From IMG/VR virus record IMGVR_UViG_3300010261_000182: 18,280 nucleotides of DNA. The stretch is one strand, 5' to 3'. Made by a program: the position numbers and the translations under genes. The notes below the pieces were generated by a model, which had not been told where the DNA came from, did no database searches, and saw nothing but the letters and a program-made list of their open reading frames with translations. Positions 8,729 to 16,520 of the stretch are shown here, one piece after another. The stretch's first letter is position 1. Every line of letters begins with the position of its first letter. Source of the DNA: a virus. Lineage: Duplodnaviria; Heunggongvirae; Uroviricota; Caudoviricetes.

Positions 8729-8937
8729 TGCGATACCTTGAACATATCACCACCGATGGCGAACGCTGGGATAACCTGGCATGGCATTACTACGGTGATG
8801 CGCTGGCTTATGAACGCATAATCGCCGCCAATCCACATGTAGCCATTTACCCGGTACTGCCTTCCGGTATTCAGCTCATTATTCCGGTCATTTCCGTTAA
8901 TAAAACCTTATCGGAGATCCCACCATGGCTGAGATAA
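8728..8937 (+). CDS. Tail protein X-like (LysM-like) small protein
   Basis: 69-aa ORF with TAATG coupling. GERWDNLAWHYYGD...IIAANPHVA...VLPSGIQLIIP matches the remembered P2 gpX pattern (GDTLD..YYG...ANP...LP.G..V.LP). Confidence 0.6.
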   Translation: MRYLEHITTDGERWDNLAWHYYGDALAYERIIAANPHVAIYPVLPSGIQLIIPVISVNKTLSEIPPWLR

Positions 8938-9965
8938 GCGTAACTGGTGGCGTCTTTGCCACACTCACGCCCATTTTTACCCTCTGGTATGGGCATAAAG
9001 ATATCACTTATGACATCACACCCTATGTCACCAGCATCAGTTACCACGACAGCATCAAAAACGAGTCGGATACCATCGCAATTACACTGGATGACACAGA
9101 TGGACGCTGGATAAAAGAGTGGTATCCCGGCAAAGGCGATACGCTGGCGCTGCATATGGGTTATCAGGGAGAGAAGCTGCTCGATTGTGGTCAGTATATT
9201 ATTGATAAAATTGATATTTCAGCGCCACCTTCCACGGTAAATATTGATGGCATCGCCACTTCCGTCAATCAGGCGCTGCGCACCCGTAACAGCCAGGGCT
9301 TTGAAGAAACGACGCTTTCGGCGATCGCCAGCCGTATTGCCCAAACGCACGGTCTGAAACTGGTGGGCAAAATCGAGTCGCTCACCATCGACCGGGTAAC
9401 GCAGTATGGTGAAACCGATGTCGGATTTCTCAAACGTATGGCCAGTGAATATGGTTATGCCGTAAAAGTGACGACAAAAGAGCTGATTTTTTCACATTTA
9501 CCCACGCTGCGCTGCCTGGCACCGGTAAAAAAGATCGAGCGCAAAGAGGTTTCTCATTTTACCTTCAAAGACACCATTAACCGGATCTACAAGAACGCCA
9601 CCGTACAGCATCAAAATAGTAAGAAAAAAGAACTGGTTATCTACACTCACGACAGCCAGCAAAAACCATCTGTCCGTGGAGTCGGCACTAGTGCCGACAC
9701 GCTAAAACTGAACAGTCGGGCGACGGACGTTGGCGCAGCACAGGCAAAGGCTAACGCTGCACTCGACAGCCACAACGAATATCAGCAAACCGGAACGCTC
9801 ACAATGATGGGCTGCCCGGAACTGACGGCGGGCAATAAAATCGAGCTAACCGATTTTGGCGTGCTTTCCGGTCAATGGCTAATTGATAAATCTACTCACA
9901 GTTTTGTGCGCAGCGGCTATACCACTGAAATCGACGTGTCGCGCGGGCCAGCGACCAGCCAGTAA
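8925..9965 (+). CDS. Baseplate hub protein, P2 gpD / Mu P-like (late control D family)
   Basis: 346-aa ORF. The segment ETDVGFLKRMASEYGYAVKVTTKELIFSHL resembles the conserved gpD-family core. It sits upstream of the spike gene. Confidence 0.65.
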   Translation: MAEISVTGGVFATLTPIFTLWYGHKDITYDITPYVTSISYHDSIKNESDTIAITLDDTDGRWIKEWYPGKGDTLALHMGYQGEKLLDCGQYIIDKIDISAPPSTVNIDGIATSVNQALRTRNSQGFEETTLSAIASRIAQTHGLKLVGKIESLTIDRVTQYGETDVGFLKRMASEYGYAVKVTTKELIFSHLPTLRCLAPVKKIERKEVSHFTFKDTINRIYKNATVQHQNSKKKELVIYTHDSQQKPSVRGVGTSADTLKLNSRATDVGAAQAKANAALDSHNEYQQTGTLTMMGCPELTAGNKIELTDFGVLSGQWLIDKSTHSFVRSGYTTEIDVSRGPATSQ

Positions 9966-9974
9966 GGAGGAAAT

Positions 9975-10634
9975 ATGAAAGGAGTAACCCGGCAAACGGG
10001 GATTATCAGCGATATTGACGAAACCAGCGTTCGGGTGCGAGTCACGCTCCCAGAGTGTGACAATCTGAAGAGCAACTGGCTTGCGGTACTTCAACGCAAT
10101 TCCCAGGACAATAAAGACTACTGGCTACCGGATATGGGCGAGCAAGTGGAAGTTCTGCTGGACAATAACGGTGAAGATGGCGTGGTGCTGGGCGCAGTTT
10201 ATTCTACGGTTGACACCGCGCCTGTGGCCTCGCGCGATAAACGTTACGTCCAGTTTTCTGATGGCGCAGCGTTTGAATATGACCGCAGCACGCACCAGCT
10301 GACGATTAACGGCGGTATCGAGAAAATCGTGATTGAGGTTATCGACCGTACCAGCCTGACATCGCCCAACGTTGAGATTAAAGCCCAACAGGTCATCGTG
10401 ACTTCCGATACTGTCGATGTTAAAGCGGCAGCAGTGACGGTAGATGCGCCCATGAGCACCTTTACTGGCAACGTCACGGTAATGAAAAAACTCACCTGGC
10501 TTGGCGGGATGGCAGGAAGTGGAGGCATCGGTAACGCCGCCACAATAACCGGCAATGTCAACGTGATCGGCAACGTTCAGGCCAGCGGCGCATTGCAGGA
10601 CAGTGGTGGCAACTCCAACCACCACTCACACTGA
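9975..10634 (+). CDS. Baseplate central spike, gpV-like
   Basis: 219-aa ORF with strong AAGGAGG SD. The N-terminal OB-like segment (NWLAVLQRN...YWLPDMGEQVEVLLDNNGEDGVVLGAVYS) matches the gpV pattern. The C-terminus is Gly/Asn/Val-rich and repetitive (GNVNVIGNVQASG) and ends in NHHSH. Confidence 0.7.
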   Translation: MKGVTRQTGIISDIDETSVRVRVTLPECDNLKSNWLAVLQRNSQDNKDYWLPDMGEQVEVLLDNNGEDGVVLGAVYSTVDTAPVASRDKRYVQFSDGAAFEYDRSTHQLTINGGIEKIVIEVIDRTSLTSPNVEIKAQQVIVTSDTVDVKAAAVTVDAPMSTFTGNVTVMKKLTWLGGMAGSGGIGNAATITGNVNVIGNVQASGALQDSGGNSNHHSH

Positions 10635-10639
10635 CGTTT

Positions 10640-10669
10640 AACCCGCCTGATGGCGGGTTTTCTCTTTTT
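10640..10669 (+). terminator. Rho-independent terminator or attenuator inside the baseplate region
   Basis: AACCCGCC (10640-10647), loop TGAT, GGCGGGTT (10652-10659), followed by TTCTCTTTTT. It starts 6 nt after the spike stop codon. Confidence 0.6.
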
Positions 10670-10732
10670 AATCAATCAGTTTTCTAAATCGCTTTAATAT
10701 CACCACAGCCCGTTCAGGGCGAAAATACCCTC

Positions 10733-11092
10733 ATGAACACAAAAACACGACCCTCAACGCTGCACTGGCAACCGGCCTTGCTGCGGCCTGAAGAATACGT
10801 CTGCGGACTGGATGATATTCACCAGGCAATACACATCATTCTGCGTACACCGCGCGGCAGTGATCCCCACAGACCGCTGTTTGGCAGCAACTTGTGGCAC
10901 TACATCGATTACCCCATCGAGCGGGCTATCCCGCATGTGGTACGGGAGTCGGTGGAAGCCATCCGCCAGTGGGAACCGCGCTGTCGGTTGCTGAAGGTGA
11001 CACCAGTAATCGACGGCGAACATCTGACGTTACGTGTGCAATGGCGCGCCGCTGACGGCGTTATCAACTCAACGGAGGTGTTATGGCGATAG
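10733..11092 (+). CDS. Baseplate protein, gpW / T4 gp25-like
   Basis: 119-aa ORF. IHQAIHIILRTPRGSDPHRPLFGSNLWHYIDYP matches the GPW/gp25 family pattern as remembered. Confidence 0.7.
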   Translation: MNTKTRPSTLHWQPALLRPEEYVCGLDDIHQAIHIILRTPRGSDPHRPLFGSNLWHYIDYPIERAIPHVVRESVEAIRQWEPRCRLLKVTPVIDGEHLTLRVQWRAADGVINSTEVLWR

Positions 11093-12198
11093 CCGAACCC
11101 AATTTTATTGACCGCGATCCTGCGCAAATTACCAGTGAGATGATTGCGCAATACGAAGATGCCAGTGGTAAAAAACTCTATCCGGCACAGGCTGAACGGT
11201 TGCTCATCGACCTGTTTGCCTATCGTGAAAACCTTGTACGCATCGCCATTCAGGAAGCGGCGAAACAGAACCTGGTCGCGTATTCCCGCGCGCCAATGCT
11301 GGATTATTTAGGGGAGTTGGTGGGCGTTCACCGTTTGCCTGCGCAGCCGGCAAAAACGACGTTGCAGTTTTCGGTCGTCAGCGCGTATACCAGCAATATC
11401 CTGATTCCCCAGGGGACGCGGGCCAGTGCCTCTGATAGCGTGATGTTCGCCACCGATGAAGATGTTCTGCTTCCGGCCAGGAGTTTGCATATCGCCGTTC
11501 CTGCCACCAGCCTCGCAGCAGGTGAACAGGGTAACGGCTGGCAGCCTGCACAAATTAGCGCACTGGTCGACAGGATTGGTCATTATGACATCAACGTAAC
11601 CAACCTGACTGCGTCAACGAGCGGCTGCGGTGAAGAGAGCGATGACGCATTGCGCCAGCGTATCCAACTGGCACCAGAAAGCTTTAGTAATGCGGGCAGC
11701 TATGGTGCCTACCGCTTTCATACGCTTTCTGTTAGCCAGTCGATTATTGACGTTGCAGTACTGGGGCCGGACGAGGGATTGCCAGAAGGCTGCGTGGAGA
11801 TCTACCCGCTAACCCTGAATGGTCTACCCGGCACGGAGTTGCTGGCGCAGATTGAACAAGAAGTCAGCAAGGAGAAAAAACGACCGCTGACCGACAAAGT
11901 GAGTGCGAAATGCGCTCTTCGAGTGCCGTATGAGATCCGTGCGCAGCTAACGCTGTTTACCACCGCCGATCAGGAGACAACGCTGGCTGCGGCGCGTAAA
12001 GCGATTAGCCTCTGGACGCAACAGCGGCAGAAACATCTGGGGCAGGACATTGTGCCAAACCAGATAATCAAAGTGTTACAGGTCGATGGCGTCTATGACG
12101 TTGCGCTGAATATGCCTACAAAACGTATTTTGCAGGCGCATGAGTGGGCGGAATGCACCGCAATAGACGTCACGATTGCCGGAGTCAGCGATGGATAA
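11083..12198 (+). CDS. Baseplate wedge protein, gpJ-like
   Basis: 371-aa ORF with GGAGG SD, overlapping the end of the gpW-like gene. Position and size match baseplate J family proteins. Confidence 0.7.
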   Translation: MAIAEPNFIDRDPAQITSEMIAQYEDASGKKLYPAQAERLLIDLFAYRENLVRIAIQEAAKQNLVAYSRAPMLDYLGELVGVHRLPAQPAKTTLQFSVVSAYTSNILIPQGTRASASDSVMFATDEDVLLPARSLHIAVPATSLAAGEQGNGWQPAQISALVDRIGHYDINVTNLTASTSGCGEESDDALRQRIQLAPESFSNAGSYGAYRFHTLSVSQSIIDVAVLGPDEGLPEGCVEIYPLTLNGLPGTELLAQIEQEVSKEKKRPLTDKVSAKCALRVPYEIRAQLTLFTTADQETTLAAARKAISLWTQQRQKHLGQDIVPNQIIKVLQVDGVYDVALNMPTKRILQAHEWAECTAIDVTIAGVSDG

Positions 12199-12907
12199 AT
12201 TGCTGCCACCGCCGCCGCTTGCCAGCGATGAGCGTTTTTCGATTCTGGCAAACATCGCCGCCGAGCGTTTTGCCCAACTCGATCTGACGGCGTTGATGGT
12301 TTATCTGGTCGACCTGGTTGATGCTTCGGCATTACCAGCCCTTGCAGAACAATTTCACGTTCAGGGGCTGGAAGGTTGGTTATTTACCACCGATGAGCGG
12401 GAGAAACGCGAGTTAATTAAACAAGCCATTGAACTGCATAAATATAAAGGAACAATTTGGGCGGTGCGGCGGGTGCTGGAAATACTCTCCTTACCCGGAA
12501 CTATTTCAGAATGGTTTGAATATGGGGGAAGGGCTTACTTTTTTAAGGTTGATATTACACTAGAGGAAAAAGGATTAAATGAAGATGAATTCAATGCACT
12601 TATCACATTAATTCATGAATATAAAAATGTCCGATCAAAGCTGGAAAGCATTGTTATTTGGCTTATTAATCGAAGCCCAATACCAGTTATTGGCAGTGCC
12701 ATGCAAGGAGGGGAAGTCATTACAGTATTGCCTCCTGTTGCAGAAAGCCTCAGCCAGTCATCTGGAATATTTTTAGCGACAGGTTATTGTGTGGAGGAAT
12801 ATATTCAACTACTACCTTATCAACCCGTTCGACTAACACAATCCCAACCGATGAAGGTCGGCACAGGATACTGGAGCACCGAAATTATGTCTGTATATCC
12901 GGAGTAA
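12191..12907 (+). CDS. Baseplate/tail protein, P2 gpI-like
   Basis: About 238 aa from ATG 12191, with GGAG at 12181-12184; the track start at 12176 is TTG. The N-terminus [22 protein letters not shown] is typical of the gpI family. The C-terminal half is markedly AT-rich. Confidence 0.6.
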   Translation: MDKLLPPPPLASDERFSILANIAAERFAQLDLTALMVYLVDLVDASALPALAEQFHVQGLEGWLFTTDEREKRELIKQAIELHKYKGTIWAVRRVLEILSLPGTISEWFEYGGRAYFFKVDITLEEKGLNEDEFNALITLIHEYKNVRSKLESIVIWLINRSPIPVIGSAMQGGEVITVLPPVAESLSQSSGIFLATGYCVEEYIQLLPYQPVRLTQSQPMKVGTGYWSTEIMSVYPE

Positions 12908-12909
12908 TA

Positions 12910-14550
12910 ATGGCAAGTGAATTTTTTACAATATTAACTGCTGCAGGCAAAGCCAAAATTGCCTCAGCACTGGCCGAGCAAAAACAGATCCGTCTGCAAA
13001 CTATGGTAGTTGGCGACGGTAATGGTAAATATATCGAACCGACAGAAAGTCAGACCAAAGTAGTCCATGAGGTCTGGCGTGGTCAGCTCAATACATTAAA
13101 AATTGCGCCAGATAATCCGGCCTGGGTTATCGCAGAAGCGATTATTCCCGAACAAGTCGGAGGCTGGTATGTACGCGAAGTTGGGTTACTGGATACCGAC
13201 GGCACGATGGTCGCTATTGGTAAATTCCCGGAAACCTATAAGCCACGATTACCTGCGGGGGCCAGTAAGCAAATCGTTATACGCGCGGTCATGGAAGTCA
13301 CCAATGCAGATGCGGTGACGCTTTTGATCGACCCTTCAGTCGTTGTGGCAACCAGGGAATATGTCGATGACGCGTTGAAAACACATCAGCAATCACGAAA
13401 TCATCCTGATGCGACGCTGACACAAAAAGGTTTTACGCAGCTGAGTAATGCGACTAATAGCGATGATGAAACCAAAGCGGCCACGCCAAAAGCGGTAAAA
13501 ACGGCATATGACCTGGCAAATAGCAAAGCTGCCACCAGTCATAATCATGCCTGGAATCAGATTACTGGTATCCCTGATGGTACACTGACGCAGAAAGGAG
13601 TCGTTAAGCTTAACAATACAACAAATAGCACCAGTACGACGGAAGCTGCAACACCAAGTGCGGTTAAGGCAGCGATGGATAAGGCTATTGCTGCGGCACC
13701 GTCCAGCCATACCCATGCCTGGGGGCAAATAACAGGTATCCCCGACGGTACGCTGACGCAAAAAGGGGTCGTGAAACTTAATAATGCGACCAACAGCACC
13801 AGTACGACGGAAGCTGCAACGCCGAACGCTGTTAAGGCAGCGATGGATAAGGCTATTGCTGCGGAAAGCTGTCCTGTAGGGATGCCTATTCCTTGGCCAT
13901 CTGATTCTATACCTTCAGGCTACGCTCTGATGACAGGTCAGACATTTAATAAAGCCTCCTATCCCAAACTGGCAATTGCATATCCATCTGGTGTTATTCC
14001 TGACATGCGCGGATGGATAATTAAAGGAAAACCATCCAGTGGGCGAGCTATATTATCTACTGAACTGGATGGAATTAAATCACATAACCATACGGGCAGT
14101 ATTTCGAGTACTGATTTAGGGACAAAGGCAACATCATCTTTTGATTTTGGACACAAAACGACATCTGCCTCTGATCTTGGTTCTAAGACAACATCGTCGT
14201 TCAATCACGGAAGTAAATCGTCGACCAGCACAGGGGGCCATTCACATCAAATAACATGTAAAGGTGATGCTGATTACGGTGGCAATGCACTAACCGCTGA
14301 TTCTATAGGTGACTCTCGTTATGACTACGTTAATACCGATACTGTAGGTGATCACTCTCATACTACAGCCATTGGTACCCATGCACATACTATCGCATTG
14401 GGTAGCCATACACATGAACTTTCAATTGGCACCCATTCGCATTCAATTGCCCTTGGTTCCCATAATCACTCCCTAACCATTAATAATACCGGCAACACCG
14501 AAAACACCGTCAAAAATATCGCATTCAACTATATTGTGAGGCTAGCATGA
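12910..14550 (+). CDS. Tail fiber protein
   Basis: 546 aa from ATG 12910, with GGAG at 12901-12904; the upstream in-frame extension in the track is rejected. It has a conserved gpH/S-type N-terminus ([24 protein letters not shown]...MVVGDGNG), internal 56-aa tandem repeats, and a C-terminal region of short periodic repeats with five HxH motifs. Confidence 0.85.
   Translation: MASEFFTILTAAGKAKIASALAEQKQIRLQTMVVGDGNGKYIEPTESQTKVVHEVWRGQLNTLKIAPDNPAWVIAEAIIPEQVGGWYVREVGLLDTDGTMVAIGKFPETYKPRLPAGASKQIVIRAVMEVTNADAVTLLIDPSVVVATREYVDDALKTHQQSRNHPDATLTQKGFTQLSNATNSDDETKAATPKAVKTAYDLANSKAATSHNHAWNQITGIPDGTLTQKGVVKLNNTTNSTSTTEAATPSAVKAAMDKAIAAAPSSHTHAWGQITGIPDGTLTQKGVVKLNNATNSTSTTEAATPNAVKAAMDKAIAAESCPVGMPIPWPSDSIPSGYALMTGQTFNKASYPKLAIAYPSGVIPDMRGWIIKGKPSSGRAILSTELDGIKSHNHTGSISSTDLGTKATSSFDFGHKTTSASDLGSKTTSSFNHGSKSSTSTGGHSHQITCKGDADYGGNALTADSIGDSRYDYVNTDTVGDHSHTTAIGTHAHTIALGSHTHELSIGTHSHSIALGSHNHSLTINNTGNTENTVKNIAFNYIVRLA
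13408..13866 (+). repeat. In-frame tandem repeat, period 168 bp, about 2.7 copies, inside the tail fiber gene
   Basis: Protein units [12 protein letters not shown]... / [40 protein letters not shown] / [40 protein letters not shown]. Copies 2 and 3 are near-identical at nucleotide level. The antisense ORF 13557-13799 shows the same peptide at both ends. Confidence 0.85.
14349..14469 (+). repeat. 27-bp (9-aa) periodic repeat encoding five HxH motifs in the tail fiber tip
   Basis: [42 protein letters not shown]; the repeat is also visible at nucleotide level (ggtacccatgcacatactatcgcattg / ggtagccatacacatgaactttcaatt ...). Confidence 0.8.
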
Positions 14551-15254
14551 ATACTTTTACCTTTTCCGATGAAGCTCAAATACTAACTGTATATAATTTT
14601 TCACAAGACTCCCAAGAATATATCGGTGAGTCTGATGCATACATTGCACCTAATACAGGCTTGCCAAATTATTGCACATTAATTTCACCTCCCGAAAAGG
14701 TTCCTGGTTTTACTCCAGTGTGGGAGAATGAAACATGGAGATTTATTGAAGATCATCGAGGCCAAACTGTTTATAACAAAGTTGATGGTAGCCAGCTTAT
14801 TATTCAAGAATTGGGCCAATTACCTGAAAATGTAACAGTCATTTCCCCGACAGGTTCTTTTGAACGTTGGGATGGTGAAAAATGGCAACCATCTATAACC
14901 GATGCTAAAGAGGCGAAATACTCTGCAATCAAAAATCAACGCGATGCCATCACAACCGATTACATCATCATCAACAACCATCACTTCCACAGTGATACAA
15001 ATAGCCGTATCCAGCAGCTCTCACTCACAAAAATGGGAGCGGAGAAAAAAATTCCGCCAGGGTTAATGTGGAAAACTAAAAATAATGGTCTGATCGAGTT
15101 AACCAACGAAATCGCCGCCCAGTTTGAATCGGTCACCATGGATCACGATATGCGCTTGTTCGCAAACGCCCAGCACCATATCGCGGCGGTGGAAGCACTG
15201 GACGATATTCAGGCGGTGCTCGACTACGATTATTCAACAGGCTGGCAACCATGA
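14547..15254 (+). CDS. Putative tail fiber assembly chaperone
   Basis: 235-aa ORF coupled by ATGA overlap to the tail fiber gene, with GAGG SD. The call is positional. The 5' half is AT-rich like the fiber tip, consistent with a co-transferred fiber/chaperone unit. Confidence 0.5.
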   Translation: MNTFTFSDEAQILTVYNFSQDSQEYIGESDAYIAPNTGLPNYCTLISPPEKVPGFTPVWENETWRFIEDHRGQTVYNKVDGSQLIIQELGQLPENVTVISPTGSFERWDGEKWQPSITDAKEAKYSAIKNQRDAITTDYIIINNHHFHSDTNSRIQQLSLTKMGAEKKIPPGLMWKTKNNGLIELTNEIAAQFESVTMDHDMRLFANAQHHIAAVEALDDIQAVLDYDYSTGWQP

Positions 15255-15691
15255 GTAAAACCACTGTCTGGCTCGCTTGTTATAAGGGCCGAACAGAGCA
15301 CCGTGGTATTGCCCGACTGGCTGACTGGCTTACCCGTAAAATCACACGCGGCAGTTATTCCCACTGTGAATTAGCCGTTAAGCATGGTGAAAAGAGTTAC
15401 CTTTGTTACTCCGCATCACTGCGCGATCGCGGTGTACGCGGAAAAATAATGCCATTGCCAGCGGATAAGTGGGATATGCTGCCGCTCCAGGCCAGCCTTC
15501 AGGATGTGGAAACTTTTTTCCGTAAACATGATGGCAAAAAATATGACTGGCGCGGAGCATTAGGAATTATTATCGGTAATAAAGAACAGCGCGATCGCCT
15601 GTTTTGCAGTGAATTTTGTGCTGAATTTCTGCAACTGAAGGAAAGCTGGCGCTATTCTCCAAACCACTTGTACGCTTTAGTCAGCAGTTAG
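15251..15691 (+). CDS. Hypothetical protein, possible permuted papain-like (NlpC/P60-LRAT/YiiX-like) enzyme
   Basis: 146-aa ORF coupled by ATGA overlap to the fiber chaperone gene. YSHCELAV (His-containing) lies upstream of LFCSEFCAEF (Cys-Ser-Glu-Phe), which is reminiscent of permuted NlpC/P60 catalytic motifs. This is a weak, unverified resemblance. Confidence 0.35.
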   Translation: MSKTTVWLACYKGRTEHRGIARLADWLTRKITRGSYSHCELAVKHGEKSYLCYSASLRDRGVRGKIMPLPADKWDMLPLQASLQDVETFFRKHDGKKYDWRGALGIIIGNKEQRDRLFCSEFCAEFLQLKESWRYSPNHLYALVSS

Positions 15692-15710
15692 CAATACCAG
15701 CAATAAATCA

Positions 15711-15731
15711 CGCCGGGCTTTATGCCCGGCG
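15711..15731. terminator. Hairpin between convergent operons (candidate bidirectional terminator)
   Basis: CGCCGGGC-TTTAT-GCCCGGCG, an 8-bp GC stem. It overlaps the stop codon of the minus-strand nucleotidyltransferase gene and lies 20 nt after the + strand 146-aa gene. Flanking T-richness is only moderate. Confidence 0.5.
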
Positions 15732-16520
15732 CATTACCGTTTGATACAGCAAATTATCTAGCTCCCGAACATCTCCATCTCGACTGTCCGGTAAAATCGG
15801 TGGAATTTCCCCACGCGCCAGTTCCGCACGAATAAACGCATGTAACAAAGGACGGCGCGGACCATATTCCGCTTCTCCCGCGCGCTGTTTACGTTCCAGC
15901 AGTTCGTCTATTTCTACGCGTAACGGCGCATCAAGCTCGCTTCCCGCCAGTAACTCGGCAAAGCGCATTGGCGGCACGCCTTTTCCCGCTTCAACCCAGC
16001 GTACGGCCAGCAGCGGACGCAGCACGTAAAAGTATTTTTTCAGTCGAACTTCATCGCCCTGCAAATAGCCGCGGAAGTTTTTCTGCGCCATCGAATAGTA
16101 ATGCCAGCGTGCACGCAACGAAGAAAACCACATTGGGACCATTGCCTTAAGCGCCGTTATCGTTTCTTCATCTTGTTGATAGACCACCGGAGAATCCAGC
16201 CATTCTATCAGCGTCGGATTCGCGCCTTTCAATAATCCCAGCGCCTTACGCCACTCCCAACCGGAAACATCTAATTCGTCGTCGATGGGCAGCTCGATAA
16301 CATCGCGCGGTGACTCTACACGCAGATACCATTCCAGCGGATGGACATACAAAAACCGTACATCGTAGTCGCTATCGGGCGAGGCAAATCCCCAGCCGCG
16401 GCTGCCTGATTCGCAGGCGTACAGCACTTTCACGCCATAGAGACGTTCTATTTCTTTTAACTGCTGCGATACCCGTTCGCGCATCGCAGCACTGACTCCA
16501 TTTAATGGTATGTTACTCAC
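15720..16520 (-). CDS. Pol-beta superfamily nucleotidyltransferase
   Basis: 266-aa ORF. LYACESGSRGWGFASPDSDYDVRF fits the hG[GS]x9-13Dh[DE]h signature, with acidic residues downstream (IDDELD). The GTG start overlaps the upstream stop as GTGA; an alternative in-frame ATG lies at 16484. Confidence 0.7.
   Translation of the reverse strand: MSNIPLNGVSAAMRERVSQQLKEIERLYGVKVLYACESGSRGWGFASPDSDYDVRFLYVHPLEWYLRVESPRDVIELPIDDELDVSGWEWRKALGLLKGANPTLIEWLDSPVVYQQDEETITALKAMVPMWFSSLRARWHYYSMAQKNFRGYLQGDEVRLKKYFYVLRPLLAVRWVEAGKGVPPMRFAELLAGSELDAPLRVEIDELLERKQRAGEAEYGPRRPLLHAFIRAELARGEIPPILPDSRDGDVRELDNLLYQTVMRRA

Larger units (their letters stand above)
1..15691 (+). mobile_element. Mu-like phage-derived lysis plus contractile-tail cluster (prophage remnant or tailocin-type element); boundaries not determinable
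   Basis: A contiguous activator, lysis cassette and complete myovirus tail gene set in co-directional, overlapping arrangement. No head, packaging, integrase or transposase genes and no attachment sites were identified in the window. Confidence 0.5.

Noticed and set aside
10081-10625. Overlapping ORFs on both strands within the spike gene (10081-10302 +, 10125-10625 -, 10244-10573 -)
   Set aside because: The spike frame has an RBS and family-like sequence. The others are frame-shadow ORFs.
12787-12909. In-frame upstream extension of the tail fiber ORF
   Set aside because: It overlaps the gpI-like gene. The ATG at 12910 with GGAG 6 nt upstream yields the conserved MASEFF... fiber N-terminus.
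13557-13799. 80-aa minus-strand ORF whose ends are the same peptide ([15 protein letters not shown])
   Set aside because: It is an antisense artefact of the 168-bp tandem repeat in the fiber gene.
12900-15700. Invertible G-segment / gin-type host-range switch as in Mu
   Set aside because: I looked for an inverted second fiber C-terminus with chaperone on the minus strand and for a serine invertase gene. Neither is present; the minus-strand genes downstream are the NTase and SPFH genes.
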